A stretch of 64,000 bases of DNA from Marsupella aquatica (Eukaryota > Plantae > Marchantiophyta): contig OZ316898.1 in the NCBI GenBank assembly GCA_973895155.1, forward strand, positions 16,475,420 to 16,539,419, in the 5' to 3' direction. Numbering within the stretch: the stretch's first letter is position 1; each line of letters begins with the position of its first letter. The notes below the pieces were generated by a model that saw only the letters and a program-made list of their open reading frames with translations, had not been told where the DNA came from and did no database searches. The translations under genes and the position numbers were made by a program. Positions 12,401 to 24,837 of the stretch are shown here, piece after piece.

Positions 12401-14108
12401 CATTTGGTCGAAGAGTCGATGATGGCCAGGAAATACTTAAACGGTCCACTTGGTGGGTGGATCGGGCCGCATACATCTGCGTTCAGGTGTTCCAGGAAGT
12501 TCGGGATGGCATAGATTGTCTTCTGTATTTGTGGGCGTGTAATCAGCTTCCCCTGAGAGCACGCCAGGCATTGCCTTTGTTTTGTTGATGGGTTGACTCC
12601 TTGGGGGATTCCACGGGAGTCATGAATAATTCTGCGGTACATATTTACTCCGGGTGTCCCAGTCGACAGTGCCATAAGTATGTGATATCAGGTAAGTCTG
12701 CAGTGACATAGTGAGCTTGAATTTGAGTTGCGTAGAGGCCTGGTGGTATAAGGGGTAAGGTTTCTTTAATATGTATACCTTGTTCGGTAACCTCCACGAT
12801 TTGGAGGGTATCTTCCTCGTCTGTTTTCACTGTGCGCAGTTGATATTTATTTGCGACTATGTCTCGGAAGCTGATGAGGTTCCTTGTAGCTTGCGGGGCG
12901 AATATCGCTGCTTCGATGGCGAGTGCAGTGCCTCCTGGGAATATTACCGTGGCTGTGCCTTTACCCTCCTCAATCTGGTTTGTGCCTGAAATGGTGGTCA
13001 TATGCCGGGCTGATGGGGTAATTGAGTGGAAATATTTCTTGTCCTTTAGTATTGTATGAGACATACCGCTGTCAATTATGCCCAGATTGGGGTCTTGTAG
13101 TGTGTAGGGTCCTCCTGCTGGAGTTACTATGTGGGTCTCCACTTCATGAGGTTGTTCGGGGTCTTTGTAGGTGGCTATTGCTTCTTCTAGCTCCATGTAG
13201 TTCCCTGCTGGGTTTTGTTTGAGTCTAGCTCTTGATTCTGTATGTTTCCTGGCTGTTTGGTCCGATGCCCAACAATTTTTCTTCAGGTGTCCTATTTTTC
13301 CGCATCGGTAGCACATCCTGTCATCTTTGGTGTTGTCCGATGCATTATCACTCATCCTGCCTCTGCCGCCTACTCCCCTGCCTCTTGTGTTGTATGATTG
13401 TCGATATCCTCGACCTCTGTAGGATTGGTTTCTACCTCTGCCTTGGTATCCGCCTCTGCCTCTTGGTCAGCCTCGTCCCATGTTATCTCGCTGATAGTAA
13501 TTTATCTCTGGTTTGTGTGGTGGTGGTTCTGTTCCCGCAGGTCTTTTTCGGGCGTTTTGCATGGCGACCACCTGTTGCTTCTCTTCTACAAGTAAATGTG
13601 CGATAAGATCTGAATATGTGGTGAATTGCATATTTCGGTACTGTGTACCGAGTGCAATGTTTGATTCGGGGAATGTACTCAGTGTCTTGTCGATCTTATC
13701 TGCGTCTGGGACTGGATGGCCGCAGAGTTCTAGTTGAGAGGTAATTTTAAATAAAGCGCTGTTGTAGTTAGCAATGGAAGTATGATCCATCACTCGTAGG
13801 TTGTACCAATCGCGGCGAGCCTCAGGAAGCCATATTTCGCGCATATGGTCGAATCGGGCCTTTAACTTGTCCCACAGGAGTCATGGATTGACTTCGTTCA
13901 TGTATTGGGATTTTAGTGAGGGAACCAAGTGCTGGCGCAAAAGGAACACGGCCTTGGCCTTCTGTTGTAGAGTCAGATTTTGGTCTGTGATTAATGTATC
14001 TTCAAGCTCCAACGATGCGAAGTATGTTTCCGCATCTACGGCCCATGTCAAGTAGTTGCTGCCGTCTACTAGTAGGGCTGGGAAATGTAACTTCTCCAAT
14101 GTCGCCAT
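9496..14108 (-). pseudogene. Copia gag-pol (gag, CCHC, PR, INT, RT, RNase H)
   Basis: CYRCGKIGHLKKNC, IIDSG, WHCRLGHP, LYVDD, GYADAGY and ADLFTK motifs; TGA stops at 13881 and 13467; frameshift at GHPG (~12650). Confidence 0.92.
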
Positions 14109-14640
14109 GTCTATTTCGCCTGATTTTGGGCCTTATAAATATATGGTGTTCCTTTGTATCAAATGCCTATGACTTTCGCCTTGTCCCGCCCGATCGATCG
14201 GCTGTTGTGATGGATCAAGTTAACCAAAGGAAAGAGAAACGATAGCGATCCTTTCGCTCAAGGCACGGGACTCATCTGCCCCTTGAATCGCATCCAAATT
14301 GTCCCCGATGGAGTTCGTTCGTATGTCCTTGTGTGCGGTCCTCAAAGTTTTCAGTTTTCGCCAATGTCTTTTATTTTGTTTTTCGCGTCTCGTCGCGTTG
14401 TCTCCTTCGTTCAAGGTTGAGAATCTTCGCTCGTGATTAGGCTCGACGCTCTATGGCCAGTTCTTTGTTCTTCGATCATAAGCTTGTTTTCTCTATTCTC
14501 GGGAGGTAGTTAGGCGGTTATTCTCGCCATTAGAGCAAAAAACACACAACATTGTGTTGTTTTCTTTGTGTGGACCTCGATCTATTGAGTTGTCAGATTT
14601 TGGGGAGGGAGCATATGTAAAAAAAAATGTAATTGAGCAA

Positions 14641-14655
14641 GTCGCGCTGATAACG
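14641..14655 (-). promoter_or_regulatory. Copia primer-binding site (half-tRNA-Ile type)
   Basis: CGTTATCAGCGCGAC abuts the 5' LTR and lacks the TGG needed to pair with a tRNA CCA end; resembles the complement of a tRNA-Ile anticodon arm. Confidence 0.7.
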
Positions 14656-14802
14656 TGTTATGAATACACAAGATGATAGTAGTCAATAATCCCCACTCAC
14701 TTCCATTATGCCAAGGACTTATATAGTCCAGAAGGGTTAACATGGTTGGGTTAATGTTAACCTATCCTATACTAGGGTTAAGTCATATTATGGGTTATAA
14801 CA
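14656..14802 (-). repeat. Copia 5' LTR (147 bp)
   Basis: Identical to 9010-9156. Confidence 0.95.
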
Positions 14803-15231
14803 GTAGGAAATAGATTTGAATGGATAACTAAGGTGTGCCTTTGAAATCTAGTTGAAATGGGAATTGTACCAACCTTCATGACGTAAAACCGATCACTAAT
14901 AAGTGTATAAGGAAGTTAGAAGGAAGAGAAAACCTTTCAATCTATCGAGAAGAAGCCAAACCTAAGGAATTTCATTTCAGCATTTGTGACATACTAATCG
15001 TTTCAGGATTATATAAGGAAAAACAGCAACAAAATCGCTTGGAGATTTCGAACATCACAAAACCTTGGTAAATCGCTTTGTTTATTCTTTACGGGACCGA
15101 ATTTTGGTATTTAAGGATAAAAGTATATACATTTGTATTATTCCACTTACCACATTACTTCTTGTACTCAAATCTCATGATAAACATATTTCATTTCGCA
15201 CGGGGCAAATGCATATCCCTCTTTTGAAGCC

Positions 15232-18200
15232 ATGGCTCAAACTATCGTTGTCACGAGGAAGGACACTCAGGATATAATCACAATTCCCGTCCTCGAATCA
15301 TCTGAATCAAAGTGTGTTTCAGAGGAATATTTGGGAGTGAGATTTGATGTCGCCAAGGAGTCTATTTTAGCGATCTCGTTAGTGTCGGTTTGTTTGGGGG
15401 AGACTCCAGTTTTCTACGATGTTGTTCATGGTCAAAGATATTGGACTCTGGAGGCTCAGAAAGAATATGAGGTTTTTGTTTTGAGAGATTCTGGGGCCTC
15501 CTGTACTCGTCCTCCCACAGCGGCTGAACTCGATGTCATCGAACTCTTGGAAAGTTCTGGAGATGATAAGCAAGCGACAACTACTCTCGGAGAGAAGATT
15601 CCAGTTTACCCATCCGAGGTTAAAAAGGAGTCTAATGCGGATCGAGAAAAGATTGTGCCTTTGACTGTGTACCGGCAGAGTGCAATGGATACAATCTTGA
15701 AATCCAAAGGTCATAGTGAATTGTCTCGGTTTATAAGGGGGAGTGATTTTGTTCATCATGTAGTGCCTAGTCTTCCCACATCTTACAATGGGAATGTGGT
15801 TTTTGAGTTACCCCCGGTAGACTGTGTGAACGCAAAAGGTGAACGTTTGAAAGATATGGATCGTGGTAAGGATTGTTATTATTGGACTCGGATTGTGAAA
15901 ACGTCTTCAAATGTTCTTCCAAAGAAAATGTGGGATTTCGGGAAAGTCCAGTGTACGGGATCGCTGCAGTGTCGAAATAATGCTTGTTCGTGGTGGAAAG
16001 ACAACAAGTTTCAAAATAATGAGATGTGGGCAAGAACCCCAAAACTTTCGGGCCCATTCCGAGTTGGGGAATTGATCTCCGAAGGTGGAGTTGTTGTCAC
16101 CATTGCTTCGAACCTCCGATGTGCGTTGAGGCCTGCCCTGCTCTAATGTTCTACATGTATCCATCTGCAAAAGTTGACGTTAAGTCTTTGGCCCACATGT
16201 CGCGACTAGCTGTTCATATGGGATTTCACAATCATCCCAGTCGACGGGTCTTTTCGAGGGAGGCAGAAAAGGTTGCAAGGTCTCATCTGGAGAAGGGATT
16301 CACTGCAAACCCCATGGTATCCCCGGCAGGGATTAAAAACTCTGCGACTGAGACACTGACGAATACATTTTGCGAGGCCTCTATTGAAGAAATCTCTCTT
16401 GAAGAAGAGAAGGAAATCTGGGAGTCCCTGATGGTCGTCGCATCTCCTCAGAAGTTTGCATCCGTATTAAGGAGTGTTCGTCAAGATCAGAAGGGGAAAG
16501 GGGAACTGGAATTTCTTGTGAGGATGCAAAAGTGTATCCGACTGCCTTTTCTTCATAGGTTCTTGCTCCCTGGTCAAGGCTATCGGGACAAGAGTGCTCA
16601 TATCTATAAAATGACCGTAAAAGGTGACGGGAGTGGTCTGGACCTGCTCCAAAGAATGAAACCTGGTGGGTCGTTAGAGGGTTCATAGGTAAGTTTTGAC
16701 GTGATGCATCGAAGCACGGCAGATTGGCTTACTTTCAATGCCCATGTATATGATCATCATTACCGGGCACTTTGCACCATATTCACTTGTGAGCTAAAGG
16801 CCGAAGATGCAAAATCTCTGGAGAGAGCCTGGCGTTTGATGTTAGAGGTTGCCGATGAAAATGGTTTACAGGATGTTACAATTCGGGGATTCATGGCGGA
16901 CAATGCTCAGGCTGGTTGGAATGTTGTTTGAAACGTGTTCTTTGACGGTGTACCCGACCCAGAGCGAGAAAGATCAGATGCCTTTCATTTTTTCCAATCT
17001 TTTCATCGTCATTCCCGAGAAGGTGTAAAAGATGGAAAGCACGGAGAGCACAAGGAGATGTGGGATCGTCTTTGGAACGCGCCAACTTTCTTGAAAGCAT
17101 ATCGAATCTTGAGGGAAATCGATGATTGGTGGAGGTCTGGCAATTGTCACTCAGGCAAACTTCAGATGCTGCAAGGGTGGCTGTCTTGGTGGGTTGTCCG
17201 ATGGAGACAATGGGGGAACTTCATAAGACTGGTGAGTTATACACTGCTCTAGGATGCATGTTCCCATTAATAGCACTCGGCGCTAGTGAAGCATGTGTGA
17301 GATAGAAGAGTTCCTTATCCGCAATAGTAGCGCCGAGCGCTAATAATCCGTATGGACTATGAGTGATGTAAGGACTACCTTTATTCTGTGTTAAACGGTT
17401 CTTTACATGGAAATATCATCATCAGTTATTTCCATTGTGTTGCCACTTTTGTGTGCAATTTCTTACATGTACTAAACCCTTGCATGCAATGTTTCAGAGC
17501 AAGAGTGCCGAAGAGGCTGGGATGATTCCTAATTGTACTGGTTCGGAATCTAGGCATGCTGGAATGAAAGCATGGCAACAAAAAAAAAAGGTTGGTATGT
17601 TTGAAGGATGCAAAACGGACCAAAATAGAGCGGTTGCTCAAATTGCTGCTTATACTGCATACAAAAGGGGATTGAGCAGAGGAACTGGCCCAACTATTTT
17701 TGAGCTTGCCTTTAGATCGGCGGACTTGGCTGGGTCACCGCGTCTCTTTGAGGGAGCCACCAATCTCCTCCTGTCAAACGCTGTTGAGTTTGATTTGGAA
17801 AGAAGCATTCCATTGAATGGTGATGTTGTAACTCGATCGGTGAAACAAAAAGGACATGCAACTGGGAACATCTCGGCAGAAGACTTGCACAGGCATGATA
17901 CCATCCTTGTTACTTCACCAAATACAAAAGGTTTGAAAAGGAGAAACCTGCATTCCACTGATTTCGAGAAAATGCCTTCTACGCCTTCAGCCGGTGGAAT
18001 TGATGCGGTCCATAATTTTTCAGAAAGCGATGCTTCTGAGGAAGTTGTGGTCATTGACACACCTACGCGTCGAGCAACGAGATCCTCTGTCCCACCAGTG
18101 ACACCTGCAAGACCTGTCGAGACTGCATATTGTCATTCAGTTTCCCCAATGGAAAGTGAAGTACCTCCCGGTGCTTGGCAGTTGCGTCAGACCTCAAAAC

Positions 18201-19024
18201 GGGGTGCGGGTCCAGTGTGTAACGGAACACTTGGACGGGGAGGTAGTCGTGATGAATGTCAAAATCGAGTAAAGAAGGTTGGCCTTCCGAATCCAGATGG
18301 TGTTGTTGCAATTTCTGTGAGAGGATGCAGAATGTTCAGGGGGCAACCTTATAACGATCAAATATGGTTTTTCCCCAATAACCACTGTCACCGAAGCACA
18401 ACAAGGAGAGGAGTCTCGAACATTCCCAATGTTCCTTCACATCTCCCAATTGCCAGAGGGACCAATCTTTCTGGAGCAGAGATTCAATTTTTGAAAGAAC
18501 AAGGACTTATTCTCTCCGAAGGCCGTGGAGATGAAATCGAAGCACCGTTGCCTTCTGCGTTACGGATTGATGTCAATCTTTTCCCGGAGAGGATCAACCT
18601 AACTGACCCATCTGTGAGGTGGGCTTCAAGGAACGGGAAGAAATGCTTGCAAAGAGTGCATCTTACCCAAACACATTTGAAGAGAATTGAAGCCTCTGAA
18701 AAAGAAGTGATGAGCGTCATTGGAGAGAGGGAGATCACGAGTGGAAATGCGTCGGGGAAACAGTTTTGTATCCGGACCCATGAACATGAGAGATCAATCG
18801 CCTCTTATTGGGTTCAGATATGTTGTTTCCCATGTTGCTCCTGCGAGGATTTCTACCATCGGCATACTTATCGGAAGCCTTACATGCCTTGCAAACATGT
18901 GTATTGGGTGTTCAAGAATGTGTTCAAACTGGATGTGCTCGATTCGACATTATGTAGCCAGCCAATTCTAACGTTGGGAGAAGTCCGTTATATACTTGAT
19001 AGGCAGTTGGGAACGAGAACGTAG
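15232..19024 (+). pseudogene. Mutator-like (MULE) transposase with C-terminal SWIM finger, copy 1; intron 17232-17497
   Basis: FD..H, GFMADNAQA, DAFH and N...ESRH motifs; SWIM CSC..CKH; phase-0 GT-AG intron joins the ORFs in frame; stops at 16688 and 16931; frameshift near 16090. 5' end uncertain. Confidence 0.75.
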
Positions 19025-19876
19025 ACTGTTGCTTTATCGTTGAACAGCTACAATTGTAGTTTGTCTTTTCTAACGGGCAGAAGTGTGAGTTCTTAAAGTG
19101 TTGTTTTTTTGTATAATACAATACTAGCGTCGGGCGCTAGTATTGTATGACTTTGTTTTGACTTCATATTTTGTGGCAATATATTGGAGTCCTTGTGTGA
19201 AATCGTCAAGAAATTTCCTCTGATGTTGTACAATGGTGGGACCCACCATAATATTGTCCGCACAATTATTGCATATATGGATGCTACATACCGTGAAGAG
19301 AAGAAACTAAAATGCATACAAGAAAAAAATATACTCATACAAGAAAACAGAAACTCATACAAGAAAACAGAAACTCGTACGAGTAAATAGATATGCTCAT
19401 GCGAGGAACTTGTTTACTCGTATGAGACAAAATTTTGCTTGTACGAGGCAAAATTGGCTCGTATGAGAATATCTATTTACTATTTGCTAGCACGGTAGTT
19501 ATACCCATTCAATAATGTAATATGATACAGGCATCCTATTTCGTATGCACAAGGAAAAACAACAAGGGTGTTTCTCTGAATAACCACCATTTGTTCAAAT
19601 AATACACCATAAATTAACTGTTTTAAAAATGAAGGCTATCGACCTCGCTAGCAAAAAAACAACCAACATATGGTATTTTTGTATATGCTTGAAAAGAACA
19701 TTCCTTTATTAATGGAAATATCTATGCTCACAACTTAGAAACAAAATATTCTACTCCTTATGGTCATGATATCATGGTCAAAATATCTCACCCTCCGAGA
19801 AATCTAAATTAATTAAAACAAAATCCAACTTACTTCTCACTTAAAAAAAACTCTTTCCAAAGAGGACCTGTCCATC

Positions 19877-21628
19877 TCAAACCTCAATTGCCCGTTCAGT
19901 AAGATCAGAAATTTCTGCTATGGTTAAAATAGGCTGCTTAACAATATCATCACTATCCAAGTTCAAACGGTAAACATTCTTAAAAACCCAAAGGATATGT
20001 TTGCAAGACATATAAGGTTTTCCATGCGAATGCCACTTGAAGAAATCTGGACAGGAACAACAAGGAAAAGAGCACAACTGAATCCAATATTTACTCGACT
20101 TACTTGGATTGTTTTCATGAGTAGCAATCAAAAACTGTGATCCCCATCCGTTTCCTTGGACGACTTTCTCAGAAGCTACGACCCTCATTTGTTCATCATT
20201 TGCAGCCTGAATCCTTTTCAAGAGTTCTCCTGTGAATTGAAACGTTGTCGAGTACCTTTTCCATTCCGTGTCTTCATTCGTCTATTTGGGTAGGTTACAT
20301 CAACCTTCTCTGGAAAAGAGTTCACGTCAATGCGAAGTTCCACCCGGTTTGGAGGAGAAACAATGCCATCTGGTTGGCAGTCCATGTAGTAGAGACCCTC
20401 AATTTGAAAACCCATCTGAATCAAGAAGTTGATTTCAGGAGGTGTTAATCTGTCCCTCGATGAACTTTCAGAGATTCAGGAACTAAAGGAGTTGGGAAAT
20501 CGACTTGCGACCCCTTGTTTTGTGACAAATATTGTTTGGACAGAAGTACAGAAGTTGAGTGTGCGGCGAAGTGATCCTCAAACCGTGGATGGCAACCCCA
20601 ACAACACCGCATGATCTTTTGTGATACCCAACTTCCTTGATGAAGTTCCTACACTCGTCTCTTCCAGAAATGGTTCGATCCATAGACCCATTGCAGACTG
20701 GACCATTTCCGTTTCCACACCTCCGGAAGTGCCAAGTCCCAAATGGTATGTCTACTTCATGTACAGCTGGTATTCGCCGAGGTGGAATATGAATTGGTTC
20801 CCCTGTACCAAGAGGAGATACAGCTTTTTCATGCAATGGCCTTGGAATTTCTTGAGTGTCATCAATCAACATATCAGTGCCATTTTCTTCATTATCAGAA
20901 AGAAGGATCACAACGGATGGGTCCAAAACAATTTCTGGACCTCTAGACGACATTGAGTGATGGAGTATTCCGGAAGTTTCCAAAACATCTTGCTTATCTT
21001 CCACCACTTTCACACTTCCAAAATCCAAATATAGATTTCTAGGATGTACCCCTTGGTCACTGCCTCGGTTCGCATTACCCTATCATGTCGATGAGAGTCT
21101 TCAGCACCAACTCTTGCCAAAGCAGGACCTTTTCACTTTCCAGACTTTGTGCAAAGATCCCCGTGAAGTGGTTGGGTACGATGGAAATCATACTTTGGAG
21201 ACGACTCAAGCAAAGATTTGATGCTTTCTCAAAAGCATCAAGAGATCCAAGAGTATCTGCATGCAAGTTCAAAAATGGTTGGTCCATGTCCCTTGTGACA
21301 TCCCTTAATGTACGCAGCAAAGGCAGCAATCTGTCCACCAACTCGATTTTGATCCAATTCACAAGCTTCCAACAATCCGATCTTCCTCTTCATTTGACAG
21401 GCTCTCATTGATGCATGTACAGATTCCGCTCCAGTACAATTTGGCATCAATGCTGACTCCTTTGTTGTTTGAGTCTGAAATCCAATACAAAAACAACATA
21501 AGGTTGTGTATCATGATGAAAGGCCCCAAACATAAACTCCCAATTTAACCAGAATGCTAGCGACCTCGCTAGCCAACTCAAGTGGTTTACTTCACTTACC
21601 AGTCTGAAGTAGTTTCCCCATTGTCGCC
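19877..21628 (-). pseudogene. MULE/SWIM transposase copy 2 (3' half), frameshifted; intron 21475-21599
   Basis: MPNCTGAES..GPTIFELA and YWIQLCSFPCCSC..CKH are homologous to copy 1; same intron position after RQWG. Confidence 0.75.
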
Positions 21629-21629
21629 G

Positions 21630-24600
21630 TTTGGTTGTCGGCCCGCCGCTGTAGGTTCTCCATCTTCCTTGTGAATTCCTCCAACTCCTCCTGGGTCTCG
21701 TCCAGGTCTTTGCGCGCCTCCTCTAGCTCCTTTTTGGCTTCCTCCAATTCTGTCTTTAAGGTAGCCCTCTCCTCCTGGGTTGCTCTTAGCTCCTTGTCGA
21801 GCTCTACTATGACCACAGACTCCATCTTATTCATCTTGGCATAAGTCTGGTCAAGCTGGTCGTCCTTTTCACGCAGGTCGGCCTTGAAGCTGGCCGTCAG
21901 GGATGCAAGCTCCTGCTGCAGCGCAATAATCCCTTGATAGGATTTCCCTAACTCTGCTTCCTTCTGCTCAAGGGCTCCGCGGATATCTTCGAGCTCTCCT
22001 TTCAACGCCCTCTCCCTTCTCTGAGTCTCCGCCATGGCCCGGTTGTTGGCGGTTAAGTGGGCCTCCTCTGCGTCCCTTAGCTCCCGCTTCCATTTCTCTC
22101 TTTCCTTGACTACGCCGGCCAACTCTCCTTGGGTCCGAGTCAATTTATCTTTGATAATCTGATTGTCAGACTGAGCGGTATCCAACTGCCCCTGCATGAT
22201 GTTTAGCTCCTGCCGCTTAATCCGTAGCTCATCTTGGGCTTTCTTGGCTGCCTGCAGGACTTCCACCTCGGCTTCCTTCTCCCTAAGCCGCCGGATGACC
22301 TCGTCCTTTTTGCTTCTCTCCAAAGCCACCGCTTCTTCTAATCGGTGCTTCTCCAACCTCTCCCTCTGGAAGAAAGGTCCCTGCTCCAACTCCTCCCCAA
22401 AGATGTTGAGCGCCAGGTCCCCACACATCTCGCCGTACTCCATGGCTCTATCTTTAGCATAGGTGGAGTAAGTAGAAGTCATCGGCAACAACCACCTCGG
22501 CCTCTGCTCCCAAGCCGCCTTGCGGATTTCTTCTACGGTGGCAAGAGGGTTGCTTCTTTTTTTGGCAAGCCGCCTGATGTCCTCCGGCCAATCTCCTCTT
22601 GGTAAATCTTTCTCCCTAGCCAGGGCTGCCCTCTCTTCCTCCCTGAGTCGCTCCTGAAAATCTTGTGCCATCTGCTTTATGCCATCAAAGCTTGGGGGAG
22701 CAACCTCTGGTGGGGGAGACTCGGGGCTACTCTGCTGGGTGGGGTCCCCTCGAACTACTCTTGGAAGCGTGGGGATAAATCGGCCACAGGTCCTTACTCC
22801 TGGAACATGATGATCCGACCCATAGCCGGAGTTATCATTGGTGTAGTCCTCCACCGCCTCCTCCACTACTTGGACTCCCGGCTTCCCCCTTTGTTCCCCT
22901 CGTCCACCAGTGAAAACGGCCTCACAGATCACGGGCCCTTGTTCCTCCTCTGGGTTCCAGGCTGTCCTCTCCCTCTACTCTCCGCGGGAAGGAGCCTTAG
23001 GCTGCTCTACCTCCGATTCGGGGCTTCAGGCTCCCACATACATTCGCACTCCCGACTTGTGTTCCGGCCTCCTTCTCTCCTTGGCTCCGGTAAAGGGGTT
23101 TTCCCTCCTGAGTCGGCTTAGGCCAGCCTTTGGGGTAGTGTCCTGTACCGGTGCCGTTGCTGTTACTGGTGCCGTTCTCTCCTTCTCCAGCATTTTCAGC
23201 AGATTCTGCATGCCTGATTGCTGCATCGGCAAGTCTTCTTTCCTTGGCCAAAACACCTGCTCGATCGTAGGACTGACAGGCTGGTTGGGCTCTTTTGTTG
23301 CCGGCCTCTACTCCAGAACCTCCTCCGGTGCCCTTGCCGATAGGGGAAGTACTACGGCAAAGATTTGATTTCTGGCATACCGGCACAACAGCGGCATGTG
23401 ATAGCCAAGCCGGGACACGCTTCCCACGTCGATCACTTGCTGTTCCTCCTTCAACATCTTCTTCAGTTGGTTGAGGAGGTACCCGTTGTAATCCCGACTT
23501 GGGTCTGGCCTTTCTGCCAGGTAGACCTGAGCCTTGCCGATCTCTGCCCTCGGCAAGTTACAATGCATGGTCACCCGCAAGAAATCGATCATCTCTCTGA
23601 TGTGCGGGTTGGTGCAGGTATTCCGGAAGAAGCCATTCTTCATTGATGGTCCTGGGAACGACCGGAACTCCTTGTCAGGTAAGGTCTTCTTGGTATCAAC
23701 CTTGGTCTTATTACTCATCGGCAAGCCAAACACCTCGGCAATCACCCGGGGAGTGAGATAGAAATCCTTCCCATACACCCTCGTGGGATTGGTCTCGGGT
23801 TCCCATGATCCCACGAATTCTAATAAGTTTGAGTCCGGCACCTTCGGCTTCAGCCATGGTAATCTTACGAAGGCTTCCAAGCCGGATCCGGCCATGGAGC
23901 CCTGGTACTTCTTGGTCTGCATGGCCGTAAAGCATGCATCCTCCTCCCGTGCAAAATGTAATTGCACTTCCTCTGGTAGGGTCGCCGTCCAGCCTTTCCA
24001 GGTGTCATCATTTGTTGGAATGGCATTGATGGGATCGACCTCCTCCTCTTCGGCTTCTCCTTGCCTCCTGTTCTGCTGCTCTGCTGGTTTCCTTGGTGCC
24101 GCCGACCTCGTTCTTTTTGCCGGGGTGGCCTCTTCGTTGTTGTTTCCTTTCCTCTTCATCTCGGCTGCCGTGGATGTTTCTCCTAGCATAGTTGCCTTTG
24201 TCCACCCTTCCGTGCTACCCTTCAACTCCTAGTGCGCGTCGTTGCAGTGGTGGATGGCTTCCCGAATGCCGACGATTCTGTCTTCGCAAAACAGAAGGTC
24301 ATCGAGCTGATTGGCAGTAGGAGTCCACAAGAACTCGGCCTTGATGAGTTCTCCTCCTAAGAAGGCAGACTTCTGCAGCTCCCACAGTCGAGCGAGCTCC
24401 TGCCATTCTCGAGCTGCTCTCTCTGATTCTTCGTCCTCGTAAGTCCCAATGTACTCAATTGCCCATTCGAACAGGCATCCCCAAAAATGTGTCGCTTGAT
24501 TGACGTTGCTCATACCCTCCTTGACTCGATCGTTGGTATCTGTTCCCACCCAGAGTGCTTGCCTAAGCAGCTGACAATATTTGGCCTCCCATAGTCGTCT

Positions 24601-24837
24601 GCCCAGTTCGTGCTTGCAAATGAGCCACCATTCTTTGCGAGCGGTCCTTACCCCTCTCCTCCTCTGGTCTTCCCTCCCGTTGGTCACTCCTAGCCGCCAA
24701 CGCTTAGCGCGCCCTAACCCTAATCGTGTTCTCTCCCCCGGCGTCCTTACTTCCGGCCTCGGCCCGGGTTCCATAGTCATCCTTAATTGTTTATATTTTC
24801 CTTGTCTTGTTACTATACTAAGGTGTTTCCAGGGTAC
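21630..24837 (-). mobile_element. Fragment D: more divergent copy of the family-B LTR with its accessory ORF (ORFs 24229-24852, 23308-24225, 21592-22932)
   Basis: Colinear with 26310-29450; interrupted by element B on the right and joined to MULE copy 2 on the left. Confidence 0.85.

Larger units (their letters stand above)
9010..14802 (-). mobile_element. Ty1/copia LTR retrotransposon, Bianca-like, full length
   Basis: Identical 147-bp TG..CA LTRs; TSD GTAGG (9005-9009 and 14803-14807); PPT AAGGGGAAG; Bianca-type gag (LHFPAL..GSNYLTW) and integrase (DVCGPIHPPSGPF). Confidence 0.93.
8013..15254 (+). mobile_element. 3' end and AT-rich LTR of older gypsy element C, split by the copia insertion
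   Basis: GAGGTCGCTTCACATTTGAGGAGGGGGTTA then TGT at 8158, homologous to the A and B PPT junctions; similar AATCGCT-rich sequence on both sides of the copia. Right boundary approximate. Confidence 0.55.

Noticed and set aside
21592-21640. Functional fusion of the LTR ORF with a MULE exon
   Set aside because: Looks like a deletion junction; only a few residues are added and both partners are truncated
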